From the IMG/VR virus record IMGVR_UViG_3300034120_003123: 64,000 nucleotides of DNA; one strand, given 5' to 3'. Below, piece by piece: positions 28,001-38,900 of this stretch. The notes beneath the pieces were generated by a model. It did no database searches, had not been told where the DNA came from, and saw only the letters and a list, made by a program, of their open reading frames with translations. Position 1 is the first letter of the stretch. Every line of letters starts with the position of its first letter. Origin of the DNA: an uncultured virus (IMG/VR IMGVR_UViG_3300034120_003123) (lineage: Duplodnaviria; Heunggongvirae; Uroviricota; Caudoviricetes). Both the position numbers and the translations under genes were made by a program.

Positions 28001-29850
28001 TCATCAGGTGGAACTGGAGGGTTTATGGGAACACTAACTACTTCAGATTTTACTCCATTAAATATTCTATTTTCTATTCTCAATATACCGTTATGATTAG
28101 CAACATTAAATTTTAATGGCTGTTGAATCAAATATACATTATTTGTGGTGTAATGGCTATTTAAACCAAGATCTGTAATAAAAGTTAAATTTTGATTATT
28201 TACATAAATATCTGAAAGTGAAAAATTAACAACCTCTTTTATGTAAGCAAATGATGAAGAATCAGAACATTCATTCATCCATAAATTGAACCCTTCAAAA
28301 TTTCTTGACTTAAAAGCATTAACTAAACCACTAAAACAATTATTTGCATAAATATTACGAAAAATAATATCGTAACAATAACTTGTTTTTAAACAAATAA
28401 GTTCATCAGCTGCCCCACCTCCATTGCCTGTATTGCTGAATATGCATCTTTCTATTTTAATCCCTGAGCAAGCATTTGCTCTTATAGACCTAAAGTAAGT
28501 ATGTGAAATATTAACATTTCTTATGCGTACATCAATAGCGTTAACTAAATTAAAACTATAATACGATGATGAGTCGTCATAATTTGTAATGTTCAAGCCT
28601 TCTACAATCACTTCAGATGGAGAAGAAGCATACACTTCAATTTTATGCAATAGTTTATCAGAGGAGAATGGAGCTCCAACATCAAAAGTAATCAAATTAT
28701 TGTTTATTGATTCTATAGTTACACCATAAACGCATTCAAATATAGTTGAAGATATAGATTCATAACCTATTCTAAAAATAAGACGCTGACCCACACTAAG
28801 ACCAAAAGTATTTGAAAACTCAAATGTTTTTTGATTTAAAAACACTTGTCCCTGATAAGTGTATGTTACGGGAGATCCATCGGGGGAAATATTAAATAAA
28901 GCCTGGCCATTTTTAATGTCGCAAAGCAGCGTAGTTAATCCTATATCCCCAAAGATACTTATATTATTAGTAATTTTTAATGAAGAAGTAATTTTATAAT
29001 TTCCAGATGGAACATAGATAGCTATAGGTCCAGCATTAATTGCATTTACGAATGCCTGCGTATCGTCATTAAGTCCATCCCCAATAGCTCCATAATTTTT
29101 TATATTAACAACATTAGGATTCGTTGCAGAATTGATACTAGGCATACTAGGCACATTAGCCATAGACATTATGGATGAGCCGCTCGCAGACCTATAGTTA
29201 AAAGCCTTCTTCGTTATACCAATATCATTAGGATCGTTTTCTTGATTAACATAAAATTTATAAACTTTATTGATTTTAAAATCAGAGGGGAGACGTAAAT
29301 TTAACTTTGCGCTCCAATATTTTCCATAACCAACCATTGGCTCTCCCCACATGTTAGAAGCATGTGGATCATAAAAATATTGTTTTATTTCTAAATCTGG
29401 ATTTGGGTCAGGAATTGGATATGGCAAAATACCAGCATGAGGAGGAGCAGTAGAGCTAAAATTTTCATTATACCAACTTCTCCAGTCTTCTCCCCAACCA
29501 AAAAGATCTTGATCCATTAAACCCTTAACGGGCAAACTGATTGGATTAAGTACGTTATATCTTGGGTCAATACCACTAAGAATGCTAGAATTTTTTCTCA
29601 TGTCCATCCAAGACATATCGTTGAGTAAATGAACGCCTATCAAAAATTTACCATTTTGATCTGGATCAGACAATCTAAACCAACCGGCCTGTTTATTCCT
29701 ATAGGTTCCATCTGTATATTCATAACTGGTAACAGTACCGCTAAAGTCTGGTTCTCCAGCGGAAGACTTAACAGCGTTTATAAATTTTTCAGACTCTGAA
29801 ATCTGATCTTCATAAGAGTACCATCTTCCCTTGTTTCTTGGATCGTTCAT
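22087..29850 (-). CDS. Giant 2587-aa tailspike-like protein: pectate-lyase-like beta-helix, RCC1 repeats with inserted WD40-like propeller, poly-Ser, dockerin, C-terminal propeller
   Basis: VNIKNYGAIGDGLNDDTQAF..AI..IYVPSGNYKIT; RCC1 units such as IAVGRFHTVAIKSNGSVVCWGRNNKGQC; DVKFSKDG/KFSFSPNG; DINGDGVID...DLNGDGNINVAD. Confidence 0.87.
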   Translation of the reverse strand: MNDPRNKGRWYSYEDQISESEKFINAVKSSAGEPDFSGTVTSYEYTDGTYRNKQAGWFRLSDPDQNGKFLIGVHLLNDMSWMDMRKNSSILSGIDPRYNVLNPISLPVKGLMDQDLFGWGEDWRSWYNENFSSTAPPHAGILPYPIPDPNPDLEIKQYFYDPHASNMWGEPMVGYGKYWSAKLNLRLPSDFKINKVYKFYVNQENDPNDIGITKKAFNYRSASGSSIMSMANVPSMPSINSATNPNVVNIKNYGAIGDGLNDDTQAFVNAINAGPIAIYVPSGNYKITSSLKITNNISIFGDIGLTTLLCDIKNGQALFNISPDGSPVTYTYQGQVFLNQKTFEFSNTFGLSVGQRLIFRIGYESISSTIFECVYGVTIESINNNLITFDVGAPFSSDKLLHKIEVYASSPSEVIVEGLNITNYDDSSSYYSFNLVNAIDVRIRNVNISHTYFRSIRANACSGIKIERCIFSNTGNGGGAADELICLKTSYCYDIIFRNIYANNCFSGLVNAFKSRNFEGFNLWMNECSDSSSFAYIKEVVNFSLSDIYVNNQNLTFITDLGLNSHYTTNNVYLIQQPLKFNVANHNGILRIENRIFNGVKSEVVSVPINPPVPPDDENESFEVVAWGAGSNPAEYDRANAWNDLYTTLPRFYVNKDQSYIRYSDNPKKVEVQEGNTFVLNDSGHLYSTGSTKFGMRPLPAFISDNTVINFSSSLFQLGVILVDSVSGNLDVVVHGKKQYNICRDVKFSKDGDSVYYINGNGKIGRVNVNTQEEEDNIIFGSDNVWVEENPLYILPCNSIQFTNDNLHAIFGCSYSWEFNAYNIAQIYNIAQKNNAYINPSTIVLNRLDPENAWMPAWTWTDWLGNETDIINDSILCHSVSDDSNHVFVFGLWYIYKINIASQEIVSKKKIWDIFTPGLNVDDPVPIAYARYLPNSSKWLVMLLDTYNLPDANGRLGAILDSNFNVLHYIEDLSDDEIPSLMYPNVHKQVDISNDESKIAIASYSYTGKWTFVRTISVDSGDSLWTLKFDDENYDDYVARYVKFSQDNNYIVVGFGKVVRIINSVGSILEIDTQDTEYLKFDSFIDDLAMGVQNNDIIVCTRSSGAWCIAGWESIISLVPTEESNIEKFPFWLSALGGVRKFSFSPNGSKCVFWSWDNKYSVSITPRLEDFSLVSTNFIIKDKSNLHIDVFDYIGESIPTAIAMGEDNATIILSNGSLFSWGTNRQNETNCPEVSNALSVHYVSSYWSKAFFDDDGFDDGSLVSLRGKGYIVLLRDGRIKIWGNWVFLDGYSDLLLIEDAVKISASSWYVTVLHANGTATLHGENEIINSEYEFPKNSTDIIDIASSRLGGMLLKSTGDLIYWGYEAAGGDSSTPDPFTEGLYLSPVPPGNIGKVRTLNTSYFGVYSVITENKRVRSWGWDSFRLCSSSNDDLDGDGIPEVFCSGVVREGYNYHNDPPLRGSIIDISAGRFHTAFIMNDKTVYLTDWASDKVDNYIDFLLWYPAANSFAQSDIPSRFNKNIKSVSSGFGYTYFIREDNSVFGIGADPGMATVNNLFAWSYPWDPDLEMPLFLPYTFQLNTPTQLTHAKKIASGDFHTAAITMDNKVMCWGYNKFGQCDVPEDAVDVIDIAVGRFHTVAIKSNGSVVCWGRNNKGQCSPPAFSEGIKKVSSCMSHNVALTIGGNLVYWGSGGHYDALSLFNGNPFPSEVPNSRGDYAGSGNYVDVSTGVFHTLALKSDGTVALWGKANYETGIPGFSNNFGQFDYPELNGKKVVKISAGHYHNVILLKNENIITESRNFELADGIVKSIEFSVGSSIGLNGLQIYNENNLSSAFFPESLNATVNKKIDGFDYFGLNYPINDYSNKSFSWIVNSLASAQDITFKISYFDYSDSYSVVDDNEISLYYDEESSMWNVNVDKIGMHAFVVMEIQKTSLSSSSSSSSSSSSSSSSSSSSSSSSSSSSSSSSICTRVWSGPYGCPDINGDGVIDFRDLDALIALSGRVNYNSRQSVAADLNGDGNINVADQILLLNFGYGCCECPNFVWPVSSSSSSFASSSSSSFEDEYIDFASSSSSSRPIGSSSSSSSSSSSEEPSSSSSNEFNQAANFANVSGQRSLSIGEEFGIQYYNTGFGGSVADSLNINFSQLSPVVIAKGDSYSGIITFFNGSKVGKYDVISLEVKNESIKYAGSVPHAVLEDSFEGVNTGLTAGLGQVENINVISQRSKMLDMYVDSIRYETNYLGYYKSFTSQKEAVESSGSFVTNFEEITSRNIDNLSSDILHKKIVSSSQAVKELGVLQQVVAVNNEFMLIVGSKNLGKLNNNLDFDFINFNFEDGENLLSANVFDDGITVCTSSRLAVFTFEMELRYSVGYPGGIGSPICGYGNDSEFVLSTSSGIFYKFYDAPNFIKVYIPSITGSNMPDGIYKFTPTSSSNIGLGKNIYWTSNNQSFSKISTETASYHVRSVAKFFNRYVVATDKGVFISALNMLGSSSLQATLATESVIANSSTSFVDIVVEENQVGSNLVGATVYALRSDGALFVSEDPANYFDIIQTPIAKPIILVTSGSDVLVFSNNNVYSKNKNIVKTLNRSI
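23730..23953 (-). other. Dockerin-like (double EF-hand) domain
   Basis: CPDINGDGVIDFRDL...AADLNGDGNINVADQILLL. Confidence 0.85.
23957..24037. repeat. 9-bp tandem repeat (GAAGAACTA), 7 perfect + 2 variant copies, encoding poly-Ser
   Basis: Read directly from the sequence. Confidence 0.95.
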
Positions 29851-29875
29851 GATATTTATTACTGTCCTTATATGA

Positions 29876-29888
29876 TATTTCGTAAATT
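29876..29888 (-). promoter_or_regulatory. Candidate promoter motif AATTTACGAAATA upstream of the 2587-aa gene
   Basis: In the 63-nt spacer, followed by an AAGGA SD-like sequence and TAAATA before the ATG. Confidence 0.4.
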
Positions 29889-29913
29889 AATTTAAAATAC
29901 TACTACAAGAGAT

Positions 29914-32900
29914 TCAAGTTACATTAAATATTTCATCCATATAAACCACTTTTCCACCTCTGCTTACAAATTCTACAAGACGCAATTCTTGAGCAAGAGA
30001 AAGCCATTCACGATGAGGTACTACTATTACCTTAATCCCATTTAATTCCCCATTTTTAAGCTGATCGTCAAGAACTAAGCTGTAAGGAATCATCTTATTT
30101 TCAAAAGATTGCATCGCGCCGAGTATGGGCCACCAGAATTCTCCCCAATTTTGTCCTAAAGAATTTGTGTTATTTGTTAAGTTTATAAGCTTATTAGATC
30201 CAGTCACATAGCCTGAGCCCCAAGCAACTGGAGCGTTGATCCCTATTCTGCCAGCGGTTGAAACATGTATTGCAGCCCAAGAATAAGCTTCCCTTATGCT
30301 TAATATTAGTCCTTCTTTAATAATTTCTTCTTTCATTTTTCTTGCATGATAAAGTGCTTTACGCCAAAATGAATAAGTATTTCCAGGAGATACTCCCTTA
30401 TTAGGATTATTATAATAACCGTCATTATTAATCAAAGTTGCGTCTTGTATAAATTCATCTTGATCTCCAGTCCATCCAGTCCCGTACCATGTATTAAAAT
30501 CAAAGATATTACCATTTTTAATCATAATTTGATATACTGCTCTTAAATATCCATGAATGCTATCTTCTCTTCCCAATCCTCTTTCAAAAAATAGCGGATA
30601 GCCAGTTGGATATAGATAAAATCTATCACTATTAAAAGTTGTCAAAGTATTTGCTGCTCCAGATGTGCCTAAAGGCAAATCAGATATCCAAACCCTTTGA
30701 GGATTCCACTGAATAGCAGTTTTATTTCCAGAGGCAAAATCAAGTTTCTGGTTCAAAGTCATAGAGAGATACATTGACGGCCTTTGTATGTCGCAATACA
30801 ATCTTTCATTATTAAGAACAGAATCAGTGAGCTCTGATTTCTTTCTAAGTCCACTATAGCCTCTTGGCTCTACTGCAAATTCAGTTTTTACAGCATGAGT
30901 ATGTCTGGCTATTTCTACGGAAACAGCACCATGTGGCTGGTCTGGCCAAGATGGAAGCTCGCCTGGGAAAAATACTGCATTCCCATTACTGGCGACAGAA
31001 ACAGCGTCAGATATCTCTCTAAGTATTTCGTGGTACTTATTTTTAATTATACTAACATATGATTTTAAATTTGCAATTTCATTTGCATCTAAATCATTGA
31101 TATTGTTCACAAGATTCCAATAACCAAGACCTTCAAATGTATTGTCTGGATATGCATCCCTGTAGGATGGTCTATCGCCACCTCCAACATATCCATTTTC
31201 TGTTGAAACTTCCCAGCCTGAAGTTTTTGGGAATGGAAAATTAACACTAGCCCAAGAAATATAATCAGGATCATCAAAACCTTCGTATCCTAAATATTTG
31301 GCAAAAACATCTATTGCGTCATTACTAAAATCTAAAAACTCCTCAAGTAAACTTGAATCCCAATAAATGCCATCGCAATTTAATCCACCACCAGATTCTG
31401 GAGTTACTATTTCTATCATGCAATTCTTCAAAAAATTCTTAAAGTTAGTATTGAATATACTTCTTTGCACGCTACACGATTGAGTGAGATTGATTTCTAC
31501 TCTAATTTTTTGGCCATTAGCAGTTAATGCTGGCGGGAATATATCTTCTTTCAAGAAAGCAAAATGAGGTTTAAAATAAGCTGTACATTTCATTCCTAAC
31601 TCATGAGACTTTCTTATAAAAGGCCTTACCATGTCATACTCGGGCAAGCCATATTCTTCAGATATCATTAAAGAACTCTGAGCTTGAGGAACCGCAGACT
31701 TATATATAAATGGCTCATCTCCATTATGCAAATCTATCATAACAATATCTGGCCTATATCTGTGAGCTACTATCGCTCGTTGCTCAGGATTAAACCATCG
31801 ATTAAGCCCATTATTAAATCTTTCCTTAAAATTACTTCCTTCAACTCGAATCCAATTATATTCTGACCTATAAACAAATTCATAACCAGGCGGATATCCG
31901 TTTGGACTTGAACTATAATATGGCCTTACGGAACAACCAGAAGATGGATTGTCGTATGCTAGCAATAATGATGGCTCAATTAAAGCCGAAGCAGATTCCT
32001 CCATATTGCCTTCATAAATCTGCTTGATCGTTGCATATGGATTAAAGGATTGAAAATGCACATTTGCAGTAGACCACCATGAAGGCTGATTTGGCCCAAC
32101 AGCAGACCTTGTATTTAAAACCCCAAACAAATTAATAGAACTAGAAGAAGAACTAGAAGAAGAACTAGAAGAAGAACTAGAAGAAGAACTAGAAGAAGAA
32201 CTAGAAGAAGAACTAGAAGAACTAGAAGAAGAACTAGAAGAAGAACTAGAAGAACTAGGAGGCCAATTAGGGCATATAACACAATTATCCCAAAAAGAAA
32301 GTAAAACACCTATGTCATTACCATTTACGAAACCATCACCGTTAAGATCTGCAATAGGATTATACTCTTCTTGAGAAGCCAAGAATATGTCGAAATCAAA
32401 CTGATTTACTACTCCATCCTGATTTGCATCCGGGCAGCCAGGACCATTCCACACAATGCACCCAGAACTTGAACTACTGCTTGAACTACTGCTTGAACTA
32501 CTGCTGCTTGAACTACTGCTGCTTGAACTACTGCTTGAACTACTGCTTGAACTACTGCTTGAACTACTGCTTGAACTACTGCTACCGTTCCAATTAGGAC
32601 ATTCGACGCACGAACCCCAATATGATTGAAGAATACCAAGATCCGCTCCGTTAACAACGCCATCTCCATTTAAGTCAGCAATCGGGTTATAATCTGTAAA
32701 AGCACTGAAATATACTCCAAGGTCTGCACCACCAACAAACCCGTCACCATCCATGTCCGGGCAGCCAGGACCAGTCCAAACAACACACCCAGAACTTGAA
32801 CTACTGCTGCTAGAACTACTGCTGCTTGAACTACTGCTGCTTGAACTACTGCTGCTTGAACTACTGCTACTGCTTGAACTACTGCTGCTTGAACTAGAAG

Positions 32901-35900
32901 GCGGCGTTTCGTACTTAAATTCTATTTCAAACCAAGAAAAATCAGATATAAAATTAGAAGATATTGACTGACCGCTTGAGCCGTTAGACCAAGAAACAAC
33001 TTTACTATCTACAGTATTATCAGCAAAATTTAAAGATATCTGTTTAGCAGACACCAAAGATATATAATTGTTGAAAGTTATAAATACAGAGAAACTTTTG
33101 CCAAATCCAGCTGGAGGATCTCCTGCATAATATGCAAACTGACCCAAAACTGGATAAGAGCCATCTGCATAGAATGAGTCATTACTATAAATACTAGAGA
33201 AAATTTGATTAGCAGATTGAGTATTTAACAAATCATTGTTTCTTGATGTCAATCCAAAAATGCCATTTTCATTTGTATTATTTCTAACATCAGCCCAATT
33301 TCTATCATTAGAAACACACACGACGATTCTATGCACATCGCTATTTAAGCCTGCGTCAAAAACACTTGATGGTTTCAAAAAGTACTTACCAGAATCAGTC
33401 ACTATAGAATTGTCAACATTTAATTTTACTTTTATTGGAGAACTGCCAACTAAGTTCTTGATCCGCAAAGAAAGCAAATTATATAAAGTAACGTAATCGG
33501 GCGTGGATTCAGATAAATCGCTTGCCGTACTATACCAGCGATTTCCTGTTTGACTCAACAAATCTTCTAAATAAATTACAGAACCCTCAAATTGATTGAG
33601 CTTATCTTTTTGCAAACTATTAAGAAGTTTTCTATGCGGAATAATTATTAATTTTAGACTAGAAAAATCACCATTTTCTAAACTAGAATCATTAATAACT
33701 GCAGAAGAAATTCCACTGTATATGCAAGTTTCGTATGCTCCTATTATTGGCCACGCAAATTCTCCTATTGTCATATTTCCAGAATAGCCATAGCGAGAAA
33801 GGTCAAGATTAATGTCACTGTAAAACTCTTGACCATTTGAAGAGACTGCATCTGATACATGAATATACTTTCTTGCTCTGTTTGCATAATGTATACCAAT
33901 CCAAGCATGCTTGTTTTGTCTATATAAACTAGATACGTTTTGCTTCAACTGATTATTGAGATCTATGACATTTAATATAAATGGCATATCATTTCTGGGA
34001 GGGTCGCTATTTATATAAGAATTTGATAAAGTATCTCCATCATCCTTATATGTACTCCAGCTTGGCATATCTAACATAACAATATGACCGGCGCGCATGT
34101 AGTCAAATACACAGGAAGCCAAATGGCCCTTAATGCCATCCTCTCTCACGATGCCATCTTCTACTATATTAGTAGAATTAACATTGTCAAATTCATTCCA
34201 CAAGCTACTAAAATCAGTGTCTCTGTATCTAAGTATATTTGGAATTTTCTTGACAATAATTTTCTTACCATCTGCAGATGAAAGTAAGTCAAGTCCAAAA
34301 TTTTCTACGGTCGCAGCGCCAGGTCTTTGTATATCTACTGTATTACTAGCTGCGCTGGGATTTTGGATTCTCCTTGAACGAGCTTGTTTTTCAATTCCTG
34401 AATTTGTACTAACAATACTAGAGTAATTTGAAATCTCAGCGCTTAAACAAGACTTCCAATTATAAAATATATCATTTTCAACGTGAGGAATTATGGCCTT
34501 TACTCTAGATCCATAGTATTCGTTAATTTTACTTTGCAAATACAGTATATTTGTATTAGCTAAATTGTGACAAAAAGCATGATATTCTATAACGGTATTT
34601 TTTATGTCTTGAGTGAATATGGTGCCAAATGTTGGGATTTTAAATGCAATGTCTTCAACACTTATATTTGCAGAAGAATCGCAACTTCCAGTAAAGCCAG
34701 CAGCATTATATAAGTAATTTCCTAAAATAGATCCACAAGCAACTGGGAATGGAAACTTTTCTTTAAATTCTGAGTCATCAATATTTTCATAACCTAAATA
34801 TCTAGCAAACTTTTCAATTACATTTGTAGAAAAATCTCCAAATTTTGAAACTACTTCTCTACTCCACATTATCCCGTCTATACCTTTATCAAATATTTCA
34901 TTATGATAATCAAAAGTTAAATCTACATAATCTTGGTTCAAAAAACTTCTTATAGATATATTGATTCCGCCATCAAAGTTTTCTTTTATAATCCCGCCAA
35001 AACAATTAAGACTATATGGATACTTGGCGGCAGGCAAGGTAACAAATGAACATGGATTTATTTCCACGATACACCTAGCATTTATAAAATTTGCAGCTAC
35101 AGAGTAAGAAAGCAGAATATCAACACCAAATCCTAGACCATACCGTGGATCATTTGTCAAAATATTCCATTGTCCAATTGCTGTATCAGTTGCATACCAC
35201 AATGGCTCATCATATTGATGAGCATTAAATACAAGTATATCTGGGGAATAACTTTGCGCATAATCTACGAAATCTTGAATTTTTAATCCATTTAAGAAAG
35301 AAGATCTTGCAGTATTTATATTTCTTGTAGTACTGCAAGGCAAAGAAGTTTGAATATCATATAGACTACTTGTAGAAATATACTGTGTATTTATAAAAGA
35401 ACATACAATGACATCATCTACTGGAACTGAAGAAGATGCTGGCATATGCGGAACCGCTAAAGCTGCACAAGATTTTATATCCTCTGCAGTTAAATTAAAT
35501 TTCATAGCCAGACTAGAATTGGATAACCATTCAGGATAATCAGGACCTCTTGAAGGTCTAAAACCTATAGTGTTAACGTTGTCATTAGTAGAGTTATATG
35601 ATCTGCAATTTCTAGAAATTTCAGATTTTAACTCAGCAAGATTATTTAATCCATAAGCAGCAATTGCGTTATAACTAGTACTGTCTGCACCGCTTATTTC
35701 AAAACCAATGACATTTGAAATTGCAGACAAAGCCCCATTATCATTAGAAGAATCTGAGTCAAACAATTCCAGCCATCTAAGAATAACGTCTGAACTATCT
35801 ATAAAACCATGAACATAATCTGCTGTAATCGCTACTGACTGTCTATACTGATAACCAGGTAAGGCATTAAAGTCTACATAACTTTCTTTTGAAACAATAC

Positions 35901-38900
35901 CAAAAATTGTTTTAACTAGATTTTTGGATGCCAACCAATCATTAAAGCCCTTACTAACAGATCTAATGTAGGCCAGGTATTCAGCGTATTCTTCAGTATT
36001 TTTTACTGAAATTTCCTGACGAAGATCTAAGCATATAAAATCAGATTCTGAAATTACGTCTTCTATAATTGAAGCACATTTATCTATATAGTTGAACTTT
36101 ACAGAATCACTAGCAGAAGACCAAGTTATATTAGGTGCAATAAAAGGAACAACAGGACAATTTAATAAGCCTACTTTTGCTTTAGGAGAAGAATTCTTTA
36201 TTGCCTGAATATTTTCAAACATTTGAGATATGCCAGATTGCAGAGAATCTCCCATTACTGCTAGCCCAGAAGCATTAGAAAGGTACTCAACAAACAACTG
36301 CTTTATCTTTGAAAATTCTGCACCAATATAACCTGTGTAGTCGATCAGATTAACATCACTATTTTTTAGCACAACTTCATTAATATAGTTAATCGCGCCA
36401 TTGTAATTATAACGTAAATTGTCGTTTTCATAAAATGCATATCTTTGGCAAGCATTTATTCTGAATACACCTGCGCCACACGAGTCTGCCTCATCGTAAG
36501 AATTCCTAGTGAGATATTTATCACTAATTTGTATCATCTTACTTACATTTTGAGGAAGAGAACTACTGTCTACACTAATCTCGTCAGCAGTAAATGCTGG
36601 AGCGACCCTATAGGTCAAGCACTGCTTGCACAAAGGTCCCTCAGCAACTGAAGAAATAAGTATAATTGACTTAGTCGCCGCATTATATGATAAAATATCT
36701 ATAGAACCAACATTAATTTCTGTTTCATACCAAATAGCAGGAGAGTTAGAATCAACCGCAAAAACATTACCATCAATAATTACTTCGTTCACATTAATAA
36801 CATCAGCTGTTATTCTCCACAAATGCTTATTCTTAATAGTTTTGCATCCAGTTATAAGTACTTTAGAATCTAGATCTATTCTTTGCACAGAACTTTCTAC
36901 AAGAGATATAATCTTGTTTCCAGTTCGCTGATTAACTTCTTTAAGTATTGAGTTGAGTAGCTGATAAGAGACTAAACCATTTTCAGGATACCAAGCAGTA
37001 TCTCCAGCTCCATCTGAATTTCTTGGATAGAACATGTATATAGCATTAGGATTATGTAGAGCTAAATGATACACGCCTTCAGCCCATAGAGAATTATGGT
37101 TAACATCATTTTTACCACCAAAGGCATTATTAAGAGTTAAGTTTCTACTACCTATCCATGGTATAAACTTCTGGTTCTCCCCATGCCTCCTAATAGCTTT
37201 AATTTCTTGCTGTTGAAGCAAAAGAGCATTCCATGCTCTTGAGCCAAAAGGAGTGCCTCCGGGATTGTATTGAGAAAGAAATCTTGTGCGAGTTTTATTA
37301 TTTGGATCTATTTCACTGTTTACGCTAATGCCACCAGCTTCTGCAAAAAGTAAAGGATTGGCAGTATCTCCACAAAGCATGTCTCGATATGTGATATGCC
37401 CATTCATATCATTAAAATGGTCCTCTTTTGGCACATAAAAAGTCCATACATGGGTTGAATTATGGCCTGGGAAATATTCGCTAATAACATCATACCAATG
37501 TTTTTGCGCATACCAAATAGCATGCCTATACATCACGTAATCCCAATGCAAATATCCGCCCCTAAACTGAGGGTCGTCTACAGTCTTTGTGTCAACCACA
37601 TCAAAATCATTAATATTGTAGAAATCATTTAACCTTAACTGTTGAACTAAAGTTTGATTTATTTCTGAGGCATATCCAGCACTGGAATCAGTTAAAGATG
37701 CTCTTGGATCATTTATTATTTTTGTAAAGTGTGGTATTCTAGAGGTGTTGTTATTATCATATCTTAAAGAGCTTTCAGCCCAAAATCCAGTTGGATTTAA
37801 AGACTCATTATCTGATATAAAACCGTATATCTTTCCATTCAAGTTTTTATATTCTGCAACCCACTGTCTGGTAAATTGCTCTAATCTTGTGTTAGCTCCA
37901 AGCGTCCATGGTGATATAAAAGGAAGATTTCCTCTAAAAGTTGGATTTGATCCTTCTCTGGGATCTAAAGTGTCTTGTTTTACTATTTCCCCATTTACAT
38001 TTATGCAACTATCTGCAGGATTGTATAATTTATCATAAGTTTGATTGTAAATTGGATCGGCAAATACGCCGTCAAAAGTAGATGATCCAATATTAAAATA
38101 AAATACAAATCTTTTTACTGCTGGTATTCCTCTGGCATTAAAGAAGCCAATAGCATCAGATGGATTACCAATATGGCTTGGAGTAGGGCCTGTACCTGGC
38201 TCATCTAAAGTAGGACCTCCAGAAAGCCTTCCTCTCACCGTGAATACTGGATATACGAACTCAAGTACTGGGTCAGGTTCTTCATTATAAGGGACAGCAG
38301 CCACAATTGGTCTGTAATCAGAATAATCTGGCTGCAAAGGCGGGTTATCTAGACTAACGACATAATTTCCGCCTTCTCCTATCGTATTTGCAGAGAGCTT
38401 AGACATTCTGCTGGAGATAAGCTTCATTCCATAGTAATCCCAGTGATATATGTCGTTGAATCTTAAATGAGCGTCATCTGACTTAACCCAATATACTAGC
38501 TGTTGATCAACACATATTTCTAATATAGCATTATTAAAATCAGATATGCTATCAGTTAAATCTCCAGTTTTTGCTACATCGGGCAGCAAAGTAATAAATA
38601 CTGGAGAATTTACTCCCGTCACTGATCTAATATTATTAATTTTTTGTACTAATTTATTTTTCCACTGATCAACGTTAACATTTGATATGCAATCATTAAT
38701 TCCTATTTCGTACCATATATATGTCTGAGGAGAATACCCGTCAACATTGAGTTCCGAAATTGCTGCAGAGTATCTTTGCAAGAACAAGTTCCAGTAAATT
38801 CCTGAAGTGTCCCAATCTCCAGGTATACTGTCATCTCCTATTTTAGACCCACCGTGACCAGCCTTGATGAGATATGCAACATCCCTAGAGAACATTTTAT

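Noticed and set aside
32138..32899. Repeat-unique-repeat pattern resembling a CRISPR array
   Set aside because: Units are 9-15 bp head-to-tail and in frame, the 'spacers' are ~200-bp dockerin coding sequence, and no cas genes are present.
32115..32971. Leu/Val-rich ORFs 32115..32309, 32409..32669 and 32753..32971 resembling membrane peptides
   Set aside because: They are alternate-frame or antisense readings of the poly-Ser tandem repeats.
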